DNA from: Nageia nagi
Lineage: Eukaryota > Plantae > Pinophyta
Length of the DNA: 64,000 nt
NCBI GenBank assembly: GCA_050084985.1
Contig: JBITNC010000002.1
Location: 15,004,001-15,068,000 of the forward strand
Direction of reading: 5' to 3'
The notes beneath the pieces were generated by a model, which worked only from the letters and a program-made list of their open reading frames with translations, had not been told where the DNA came from and did not search any database. This document shows positions 53,801 to 64,000 of the stretch, piece by piece (positions within the stretch are counted from its first letter, which is position 1; every line of letters begins with the position of its first letter). The position numbers and the translations under genes were made by a program.

Positions 53801-54785
53801 TAACCAAACAGTCTCTCAACTTCCCTTACAATTTTCTCATACATTGCCCATGCAGTTTTTCCCATGGCTCAAATGAGATCTTTGGGGTCATATTTATAGG
53901 CTTCATTGCCTTTACAACATGTGATTTTTTCTTTGGTAGGTGCCTACCATCTATCACAATTTTTCTTATTCAATTTGAACTCTTCTAACTTCTAAAACAT
54001 GAAAAATGTCTACTCTTGAAAAACATAAAGATTTAAAAATTACTCGCCCAAATACCTAACAACTATATTTTGGGTGAAACAAATGAAAATGTTATAAGTA
54101 TCCAGTTTGTTAGAAAGTTTAAAAATTCAAAACATCAAAATATATGCCTATGGAGCATCTTCATGTATTTCCCATGTGATTCAATACTTGGTAAAGTGGG
54201 TAACATGTATTAAATAGTTGGTAAGTGAGATGGAGTGAGAACTTGCCATGTGATATTCTTATCCCCACTTTCATAGGTGCCTTCCATCTCCTCACATGCT
54301 CAATAGGGGTCATGCAGTCTATTTGGGGATTGCACATTTCAAGAAGGGGTAGAGCTATTTTTAGAGTTCGTCAGGTGTTGTTTGGTCCCTCTGTGTATGG
54401 GTCCCATGGCCCATACTCCAAATACTCAATATTGATCTCATCAACCACCTATGTTTTTTTGATGCATTATCCCATGTGTGCCTCCTTTGGGCACAGTTCT
54501 CAAGACCTTCACATGGTTATTGGTTGATGTGGTTGTATACTCAAATGTTGACGTGGCATGAGATGGGTCCCACCTTGTTTTAGATGGTGATAAAATAGTT
54601 TAATTGCCCCTTTTATTTTATTTTTTGTTTATCCTTTTATTGTTAATATTTTTCAACTTTAGAGGACGATATCTTTCTCCTTAAATAACAACTTTGGGTA
54701 TCATTTTTGTCATTAGAAAGAAAGAAGAAGAGGACTACAAGTATATGAAGAGATTACACATTTTTGAGGATCCATTTTTAGATCA
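50823..54785 (-). mobile_element. Internally deleted LTR retrotransposon, probably Ty3/Gypsy-derived, with ~1.26-kb LTRs
   Basis: Direct repeats at ~50823-52076 and ~53528-54785 (TGAT..GATCA). PBS-like TTTGATACCA at 53512-53521; PPT CTCCTCCC at 52077. The internal region is only ~1.45 kb, with gag-like MKDKLNAKFLP. TSD matches only 3/5 (AGATT/AGAAC). Confidence 0.78.
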
Positions 54786-55687
54786 AGAACTAATTAGGAT
54801 CACATATTAGCATTGATGTTAGGGATAATGTCTGGGCATACCTCAACGTTCATGCCCATAGGAGCATTTATGCTCTAGGGAATATGTAGATTAATATGCA
54901 CATCCAAGATCCAATAGTAGTATGATATAATGACAAGTCTAGTCTAGAATATAGTTACAAAAGATGAAATAATAAATGCTTAAGTGATAACAAGATCCTA
55001 ATATTAATAGGAAACGTTGAGAAACACCTAAATCGTAGGTGGTAACACCTATTAAGATGAAATCTTGATTAGCTTTTTTATGTAACATATTAACCTTTAT
55101 ATGTGCAAGAGAACCACCATAATGCATGCCTACAAGCCAACGTTGACACTAGCATACCTTGCATAATAATAATAGATAATATTACATGAGAAAGTGCTTA
55201 AGTGGTCCAACATAAGGAAAATATTGTTATTATGAAATATAACTAATATGATAATTAATTAAGGACATCAAGGAGGTCTAAATTAAGTGTTAACTATTGC
55301 CCCCATTTACAAGTTTAATTTAAATGAAATGAAATTATGCTTGCAGAGGGAAGAAGGATAGAGAAAGAAAAATACTCCCTAAATTTTAGTGAAGCAATAT
55401 ATATATATACACCTCCTCTTTGCATTGATTACGATAAGAGCAACTATGGCAATCCAATGCGATCAAACACAAAGAACCTAAGAAAAGAAGACATAAAATA
55501 ATCTCCAAAAAGGATATATATGTATTCATCTTAAAGGATATATTATTGTTAAAGAAAAGATCAAATAAACATAATATGTTAATATTATAACATCATCATG
55601 GAAGCAATAAGAACTCTATTCATAGAAAAATATCGTTAAAGTAGGACCTACTACCCCATTCATATATGTAAAATATAAAACATGGAT

Positions 55688-55770
55688 GATGGTCAATACC
55701 TCAACCAACAAAGGAATGATCATAAAGTGATGGTTAATACCCCAACCAACAAAGGAAGTGATCATAAAGG
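55688..55770. repeat. 41-bp tandem duplication
   Basis: GATGGT(C/T)AATACC(T/C)CAACCAACAAAGGAA(G)TGATCATAAAG occurs twice. Confidence 0.85.
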
Positions 55771-56337
55771 TGTAACATTATCATGAGAGCATCTAGTACT
55801 TCATTCATAAAGTCATCTTCATGGTAGCTAATATTTCCCCATTCATGGATGATTGTCATCATGGTAGAACAAGATGACCCATTCATGGACATATCAAGAA
55901 CAAAGGTAATGGTTATTATTCCAATTGATCAAAGGCTTACAATCAACAAAGTGATGATTCATTTTTCAAATCATCAAGGGTATGTAGAACAAAGGTGAGT
56001 ACTTTATGCTACCAAAAGTATCAAAATGAGTCATCACAATGGATTTACTATTGCATGTACCCTTTACCCTAGGTATAGTTGTATTAAATGCATTATATAA
56101 CCATGTAAAGATAATGTTCATTTTAACACATATTTTAAGCTACTACTAGAATTTAATATTCATTTATAAATGTTCAATCATAAAAAAAAAGAGTTACATA
56201 ACAAAACTCCATATTTGTAACTTACAATGTCCTTCCTTCATAAAAAGTTGAAACAAAAAATCTTTCAAATGAAAAACAAATTTTAACTTTATTTTTTAAT
56301 TAAAAAAAATAAAATAAAATATGACGGGTTAAATTTT

Positions 56338-57133
56338 GGGAAATTACCAAAACACCCCTATAATTTATTCTAATTACAAAAATACCCCTACTTTTTTCAA
56401 AATTATGAAAATACCCATATAACCTTTTTAAAGAATAGTATTCTCCCTTCTGTCAAATTCAATTCAATTAAATCTAGTGATGCCTATGTGTTTCATCAAA
56501 ATCCTTACTCTTTAAACATCATTCCATTTAGAATGATTCAGTGCAGGAACAATAAGAGTCACTTGCATTATTAAAGTTTTTACAACCTGCATCCATGTTA
56601 TTACAGTTAGTTCCCCAAGTGCTTCATTAGATTAAAAAGCTTACGGGCATCCTTGCAAGAAACCCAATTTGTGCATATCTTGCAGTCATTGTATTTTATG
56701 AGATTGCATTTCCATGAAATATTTTATGAAACAATTCATTGGCACTTTCAACATGCATGTTTTTTACATATCCTATGCTCATTGCATTCCATAGAACTAT
56801 GTCAGCATTGCATATTTATCAAATAATTCATAGGATCTCTCAACATACCTATTTTGTGCATATCCTTTGATTAGTATAGTCCATGAAACTATAGTTGCAT
56901 CATGCACCTTTTCATATGTTAAAAGGGCCTGCAAATTGTATGGAATGATGTAAAACATATGAAATATAGAGGAATAAGAACTTTGATGAAATATTAGATA
57001 CAATTGAATTGAATTTAATAGAAGAGAGAACACTATTCTTTAAACAATGATAAAGATATTTTTGTAATTTCGAAAAATATAAAAATATTTGTATAATTAC
57101 CATAAATTATACAAGTATTTTGGTAATTTTCCC
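56338..57133. mobile_element. Pack-MULE with ~190-bp TIRs carrying PPR coding fragments
   Basis: Termini GGGAAATTACCAAAA and TTTTGGTAATTTTCCC. Inverted similarity extends over ~56338-56528 and ~56939-57133. Perfect 9-bp TSD TTAAATTTT at 56329-56337 and 57134-57142. Same TIR family as 39465-39905. Confidence 0.9.
56590..56920 (-). pseudogene. Captured PPR fragment, about 3 tandem motifs, frameshifted
   Basis: Reads EKVHDATIVSWTILIKGYAQNRYVERSYELFDK / NADIVLWNAMSIGYVKNMHVESANELFHK / NAIS*NTMTARYAQIGF..KDARKLFNLMKHLG. Confidence 0.85.
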
Positions 57134-57209
57134 TTAAATTTTTGCTAATCCTAAAAAGAGAAAAAAGATCCCTTTTGCACTTAGGCGTGTGCTACTTCGC
57201 GCTTTAAAC

Positions 57210-57245
57210 CCAAGTTTGAGTCACCTTTACCTCATGACGTAAGAG
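57210..57245 (+). promoter_or_regulatory. Candidate bZIP-type cis-elements (TGAGTCA, TGACGTAA) in the nicotinamidase proximal promoter
   Basis: Motif match only, 130-150 bp upstream of the ATG. Confidence 0.3.
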
Positions 57246-57367
57246 ATAGGATGATTTACAAGTTTTAAGATTCTCCATCTTCCCCCTCGTTGAATTTGAT
57301 CTGATCATATAGGGAAGCAAGAAATCTAATCACTAATCGAGGCCAACATTTTCGTTTGGAAGTCCAA

Positions 57368-58334
57368 ATGGCAGATTCATACATTGAATATGAGACCAGG
57401 AGGCGGAATCCAGATCCCAGCAAGGCCGCTCTCCTCGTAATAGATATGCAAGTCTATTTCCAGGGAATGGCTACCCCCATTCTCCCTGAGATTCGGCGCA
57501 CGATCGAATCCTGCCGAGGCCAAAACATTCCTGTAATATACACTCGATATGCCCACAAGGATCCATCGGACTATGGTAATATTGGAGAGTGGTGGAACGG
57601 CAACATTATTCACGACGGCACTCCCGAAGCCGAGATAATGCCCGAGGTTCGAACCCCTGACCTATATATGAAGTTTGAAACCCTATAAAGGCTCTGAATA
57701 AACCTGAAAACCCCAATATTTATGTAAGTGTCAATCCCTATAATAGCTTTCGTCAATCTCTACAAACTCTAATATTTATTTAACTTTTCAAGCCCTCCAT
57801 TGGGATTCATCAAGCCCTAATAATGCTAGCTAAACTTGCATGCTGTAGAATGGCTTTCATCAAACCAAACCATGGGAATCTAATATTTTTGGTTTATCTT
57901 TAAACCCTATGACGATTTTCATCGAACCATAAAACCCTTATATTTTTGTTAAAAAGTTCAGACCCTAGCGTGGCTATAATTAAGCCCTGATTTGTCGTCT
58001 TTTTCTTTTGATTCAGGTTGGCGTAAGGGACTCTGATAAAATTGTTCACAAGCACACTTACAGCGGTTTTCATGATACCGATCTGGAGAAGTTTCTTCGC
58101 GAGCAGGGGAAATCCGAGGTGATTGTGACGGGTGTTATGACGAATCTTTGCTGCGAGACCACTGCCAGGGCCGCTTATGTACAAGGATTCAGGGTTTTCT
58201 TCTCCACTGATGCCACAGCAACCTCAAATAAGGATCTGCACGAGTCTACGCTCAAGAATATGGCCTATGGCTTTGCTTATCTCGTTAATTGCAAGAGACT
58301 GGAAGATGCGTTTGCTTCCAAAGTCTCCAAATAA
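57368..58334 (+). CDS. NIC2: Nicotinamidase 2/3-like isochorismatase-family cysteine hydrolase; exons 57368-57646 and 58017-58334 (198 aa)
   Basis: Motifs [16 protein letters not shown] and [15 protein letters not shown] supply the D-K-C triad; also [10 protein letters not shown]. Phase-0 GT..AG intron at 57647-58016 with a polypyrimidine tract. The symbol reflects family resemblance to Arabidopsis NIC2/NIC3; orthology untested. Confidence 0.92.
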
Positions 58335-58595
58335 ATATGACCTGAATCCTGCTGTATTATAAGTTATATGGACCGCTTGTCTCTTCTCAATCTGTGTATA
58401 TATAGGGTTTAGGGTTTTTCTTCCATAGTTTCCAAATAAATATGAACTAAATCCTGCTGTATCATGAGGTATATGGAACGCTTGCCTTTTCTCAATCTTT
58501 GTGTATATAGTGTTGATGGTTTTGCGTCCAAAGGCTTCAAATAAATATAACCTTAAGGTATATGGAACGCCTGTCTTTTCTTAATTTGTGTATAT
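58311..58595 (+). repeat. 105-bp tandem triplication spanning the stop codon and 3' UTR of the nicotinamidase gene
   Basis: Units begin at 58311, 58416 and 58521. Each has TTTGC.TCCA.AG..T.CAAATAAATAT and TATATGGA.CGC.TG.C; the third has a deletion. Confidence 0.88.
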
Positions 58596-59533
58596 TTAAG
58601 ACTGGTTTTATGGCCTTAAATGTTTCTTTCTGCAAGGTAACTGCTTTTGCTTTTAAGTTTATGTATATATGCCGTCATTTTAAGAGTTTAACGAATTGTT
58701 AGAGATTTGTCTGGAGAATTTTTGAAGGCCTGGAATTGATTCTGCCATCTACAGTGGGGCGAGTCCTACAGAAAAATGGAAATGCATGCATCGTAGGATA
58801 AATATAGAGAAAATATAGAATAATTTGCCATTAATCAGGGTTACTGTCCTGCTCCCGAATCCTGTCCCCCAATGTCTTTAGGGGATTTCATCATGTTTTG
58901 TATTGTATGCCAAATTTTGGTTTATTGTGTTTTACATTGGAAGTTATTTTTCTGGTTGGCTGAGTTGTGATTACATGGTTGATACTGGGATCGATAATGA
59001 TATAGAGTATTTAATGATTTCATGCTTTTCAACAATTCTTATTATGTATTTATGTTAGAATGCATTGAAGAATCTCAATTTATTACATCTTTTATATTTT
59101 CTGTTTTGATGTACAAGTGACATCTTCTAAAAATGGTCTCCTGCATTACTGTCACAATTATCTACTCTGACATCCCTACTTTGTCATTCATAACACTGCT
59201 ATCAATACATTTGTATATAAATAGTTTTTGGAAATTGGTCAGTTGATGAATATAACATTTGAATTTCTTTGCAAAATGAAGCAATTGGGGGAGACATAAG
59301 ACCGAAGAATACACATTGTGGAATAACTTATTTTAGGCTATATTCCATATGAAGATAATTTTTTGGTATTTCAAACTTGTCGATAGATAGGATGTTAGAG
59401 TAACTGACCCTAGCAGTTTCTCTGGTTTATTTGAAGTTTATGTTGCGTAGAATGTAAAATGTATATCCTATTGACAATATATTACATCGATTGGATATGG
59501 TACTTACATCCTTGTGAATGTAAATGTAAGTCT

Positions 59534-59691
59534 GTTGTTGCTCTTCCTACTTGGATGAATGAGGTATACTTAACTGTTCAATTACTACTGTTTCGTTTGG
59601 ATAGTCCGGTCAACAGAGTAGCTACATGCATGTGAAGACAATTATGTTGTTGCTCTGCGAACTTGGATGAATGAGGTAAAAGTAATTGTTC
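59534..59691. repeat. Dispersed ~47-bp direct repeat, two copies
   Basis: TGTTGTTGCTCT....ACTTGGATGAATGAGGTA...TAA.TGTTCA at ~59534 and ~59645. Confidence 0.75.
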
Positions 59692-62254
59692 ACTTTTGTT
59701 TTACTTACTTTCTTCTGGAATTCTAATAATTGTTGCTATGGAAAAACGTGATCCACTTTAGTTTTGGGCATGCATGAGATCTTATAAATACTCTCTATTA
59801 TTAATAATTTTTGTAAAGCAATAGATGGATTACATATGCTATTTCCACAGAAAATTGTGAAAGGGAGAAATCAGGACTTCATTTCTTCCATAATTTTGCA
59901 ATGTCACTTGTCATTTAGATTTTGCGTAAAATGATTAACCTAGATGATTTATCATGTTAGTTGAAGTTAAGATTAATCTAATTACTACTGTTTTATAATT
60001 TTATTACTCCACCTCCATTGTGTATCGTGTTGCTTGATAAGTTAGTTGTTTTGAAATTTTATGATTCAATTAAGAAAACAAGAGGAATTCATCCATAATT
60101 AATAACTTGAATAAAATTTGCATGTCTATTACAAAGAGGTTGCTTGGATTTGGATTTCACCTTTAGGTTTTATATTTAGAGTGTGAATCTACCATTTCGA
60201 TTTTCAAGGGTGCATGTCCTAAGAATGACATTGGTATTATGGTGCACAACATAGACGTCGGCCGAAGGTTTGCAATCTCTTTGACATGGCAAAATCTTAA
60301 TAAGGAAGAAAAACCTATTTATCTATTTCCACTATGTTGCACTTCTAGAGGCTCTCCACCATATGAAATCCTCAAATATGGATTAACACCCTAGGTACCC
60401 AACATCCTTCTCAAAAGACTCTTTTGAGCATCATAATTGTTGGATGTCTCCATAGTAAAGGGATGAAATAAAGGAGCGGTAGGCTTAAACAACTAACATA
60501 TAGAAGCTCTAGGAACCTTGGTAACATCTCGTGTCTCGTTCTGCAATGCCAAGGAAAAACATAGGAAAGATAGAGATGTAAATTTTAACCTTGATTAGTG
60601 GTTAGATTTCATGCTTTTGTATATGATTAGAACAAAATCAAAATCAACCATGGGAAATATTTGAGCATTCTAGATTATTGGAAATCTTCAAGAACTAAAA
60701 AGATTTATTAGTTTTGATGAAAAAATAATTATATTAAAAATATACAATCATTTTAACAACAAAAAAGGTGTGGGTGGATGGGCATATCTTCAAATGAGTT
60801 CAAACTAACCCCACAGGTTAGGAGAGTATCACCAAAATATTAATAAAAGTCTTATTATCAGCCATCATGAGTACTTAGTTCGAAGTAACATAATCAAAAT
60901 AACATGCAATTAATTTAGTTGGAAATGGGTTCTTGGTTGAATGGTTAAAATACTAGATGATATTACTTAAATCAACGTTTAAATCATGGTGGTATCTAAC
61001 AACAATAATGCCAAAATAAAATTAGTGGTAGCAATGATAAACATTACATCAAATCAATGGTGATAATGTTAGATGGTGTTAATGGCATAGGATGACAAAT
61101 GACACTAATGTTAGAGAAAAATTAATAGAAAGTAGTGACAATCAATGATGACAATGCTAAGGGAAGGGTACTTGTGTACAACCCTCAATGATCAAGCAAA
61201 ACAAATTGAATATTTTTAGTTTGTATAACTTTATCTTTGAGAAAACACAACTCTCTTATATTTTTGTTTAGGCTTTTTTTTTAACCTCAAAAAATAAAAT
61301 TGAATATTTTTTGCAAGTGCTCAATACACACTTATTGCTATCAAATAGGTGTTTGCAAATATTCCAAAATCCAAATTTAGATATATTAATTATTTGGAAT
61401 ATTTAAAAAATATATATATTGTAATGTCCCTTTCAAATTTTAATTTGTAGCAATTTTCCTGTCGTATAAAAGAAAGGATAATTAATTAGCAAGGAGAGGA
61501 AATCATTGAGCCACCTTTATTGTCATCTAAGTTTGCACCTTCATCAAAAGTTTCAATGTCCTTTACCCACACAACCTTTGATTCTTTTGCTCACACCACC
61601 ATTGTTAAATGTAGACTCATTGCCACTTTTGTTCAGATTAATACCTCTAGCTCTCCCAATCCCTACATTCCTTCCACCACCATCGTTGATGTTGCTCCCA
61701 AGACCTATAATTCTTCAATTGTCAACGTACTTGAGGTTTATAATCCTTCCATCAATGGGCTCCCTTTGAGCACCATTGTCATGCCTATTGTTATCCCTAT
61801 CGTTACTAAGCTTTGCCTTCCTTCCATTTCCACTCCAAAAACTTTCATTCCTTGTACCATCGGGGCCCCTTTCTCCACAATTGGTGTGCCCACTATGCAT
61901 CATACTTGGATTTTAATTTCACACGATTCCAAGTGGAGAAACTTTAAAAAGCTCATATTTTGGTCATGACTGCTAGGAAAGAGAACAAATGAGTTATCAT
62001 CCATGAATTGAGGGCTATCATTCTTGACTTCCCCCTGGGAATCATCATATTTCATGGGACTCCCTCTATTACTTCAATATGAACATGTAAAAATCATAGG
62101 AATTTGCATGTTAATATAAAATTATCCCAACAATAGATATCTTTTTTGAATGCCTTTTCAAATCTACATCTTAAATTGTTGATCTTCGCTAGGGTCAATG
62201 CTTATGCCAATGTTATAGTTCTTTGGAATCCTCTGTGTGTATGCCATTAGAGTT

Positions 62255-62333
62255 TTTCTTTTTAATATTTCTAAAAAAGTATGGGTATTTTTGATATTAT
62301 GTAAAATTGAAGGGGTATTTTGGATATTTTCCC
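62255..62333. mobile_element. Orphan right-hand TIR of the same MULE family
   Basis: AAAAAAGTATGGGTATTTTTG...GGGGTATTTTGGATATTTTCCC is the reverse complement of the 39465 and 56338 left TIRs. No partner found. Confidence 0.65.
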
Positions 62334-62679
62334 TTTTTTTTTATAATGTAAAGACCTTCCAATTTATATTAAAATTCAAAAAGCACGTTCTAATAAAAAG
62401 GGGTGGAACAACAAAGACATGCCCTCAAGATGGAACAACACTAACAAAAAAGGTTAGGAAATTTAAAAAAAAAAAACTATAATTGTCCTCGGAAAATACA
62501 AAAATAGCCAAGTATTACTTGCTTACAATCATATCAAGACAATTATTAATAAGAAGAATTGCATGATGGATCATCCTTATCGACTCAAGTATTATAAGGT
62601 ATCGGGATAACCCATCCCGAAGCATCTTAATGATCCATAGAGTTTAGATTAGCACGCTAGTCCACAATGGGTTTATGAG

Positions 62680-62760
62680 CACTTATTATGATGAACTAGC
62701 ACCAGTCATATCCTAGCCACCAGCTTATTATGGTGAACTAGCACCACTCATATCTTAGCA
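62680..62760. repeat. ~43-bp tandem duplication
   Basis: CTTATTATG.TGAACTAGCACCA.TCATATC.TAGC occurs twice. Confidence 0.8.
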
Positions 62761-64000
62761 AGCAACAGGAGAGGGATGGTAGGTCCTATGAAAGTTAAGA
62801 GATTGATCTTGGATACATGATAGAGAATGCCAACATTGTCAAGAGCTAGAGAGATCTTTGGATAGAGGGTTTGATGGAACTATATTGATAACACAAGGGA
62901 ATTTCCCCAATAGTCGAATAAAGAGAAGAGATGGTCCAATTGCATCACTCCATTATCTGTTTGTGCTTGAATTTGTGGCCAAAAATCATGAAAAATTACA
63001 ATCTTATAAGATAAATAAAAATAGAAGAAGCAAGCTACTCCTAAAAAATGATTCTATTTCAAACCTCCATTTTATCAGTAGAGTCTATTTTATTTAATCA
63101 ATTTTATAAGTATATTTGTCCCCTTTCATTCTATTCATAGACTAGCTTAGATAGCTTAATCAATGTAGAATACCTCTCGATGTTATTTTAAATTATCCTA
63201 TTTAAAAACTAGTCAAAGGTGATTTGAGGAAATTAATTGCAATATTATAATAAATAAAGATACCCTTTATCTTCATCTCTATTTAGTATTTACATAAATT
63301 AACTAAAAAAAAGATCTAGATGAAGTTGGGTGCCAAGGCACCAATGTCCATAATCTAATCATTATTATCTTACTTTATGCAAATGAATTATCTTGCTAAC
63401 CAATTATTGTGATTATCTTATAAAATAACGTGAGTTAACTATCAGATCTTGATAGCTCTCACCCACACATTTTATATTCTTTAATATTAGATGTGATCAA
63501 TATATTTTGACACCACCTATCAAAATTTAAATTTTACAATATCACATGAGCTTTGTTTCCTATCTTTCATTTTGCTCGCTAATGTAGGCTTAATTTTATA
63601 GGTTTACACATCGTCAAGCTTTGTTTGAACGTAATTTTTTGAGGTTCTAGTAATAGTTGCTTTGAAGAGTAGCTTAGGAATCCTAGCACAAATGCTTAGG
63701 AAGTAGGATCAATTTGGCTTAAATCTAACGAACAAAGTGTCAATATGTTAAGTCTATGTTTGGCATTTGATTTGCTTCTCATAAATGGAAAACATATAAC
63801 AATTCTCATTCCGATAGAGCTAGGTCAGATCCAATAGCTAGGGCATTGCTTACCTTTGTCATTTTGTTATTAAGTTATTGTTGATAATTCATGACTTATA
63901 CTCCATTATTGTACCATTTATCATTATTGAATAATTGTTAGGATTGTTAGGTACTTATGTTATTTGATTATTGAATCTCTTATAAGTGTCTGTAGGTGTA

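Noticed and set aside
54817-56150. Possible solo LTR beginning TGTTAGGG
   Set aside because: No matching end or TSD identified.
57647-57688. ORF-track tail [13 protein letters not shown] and upstream TTG start at 57356
   Set aside because: The tail is intron read-through; the spliced two-exon model from ATG 57368 restores a complete isochorismatase fold.

Overview
AT-rich plant nuclear DNA, most likely from a gymnosperm (inferred from the style of the PLS-PPR motifs and the Copia gag; not proven). More than half of the window is decayed, CpG-depleted transposon sequence. It holds three Ty1/Copia elements with paired LTRs, one nested in an older gag and one Sirevirus-like with 2.4-kb LTRs. 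There is also an internally deleted Ty3/Gypsy-type element, several LINE remnants, a non-autonomous CACTA element and two non-autonomous Mutator elements with intact TSDs. Host genes are (i) a two-exon nicotinamidase/isochorismatase-family gene at 57368-58334 and (ii) a three-copy family of an uncharacterised protein with a signal peptide, an RRLL motif and one transmembrane helix. The family has an intact copy A (minus, ~8 kb), an intact copy B (plus, ~41.6 kb) and a truncated copy C fused to B's promoter. The two most notable observations are that homologous PLS-PPR fragments occur three times, twice as cargo of different DNA-transposon superfamilies (a Pack-MULE in the nicotinamidase promoter and a Pack-CACTA), and that the membrane-protein family looks like a fast-evolving, possibly proteolytically processed precursor. 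All alignments and counts were made by eye; no database search was possible.
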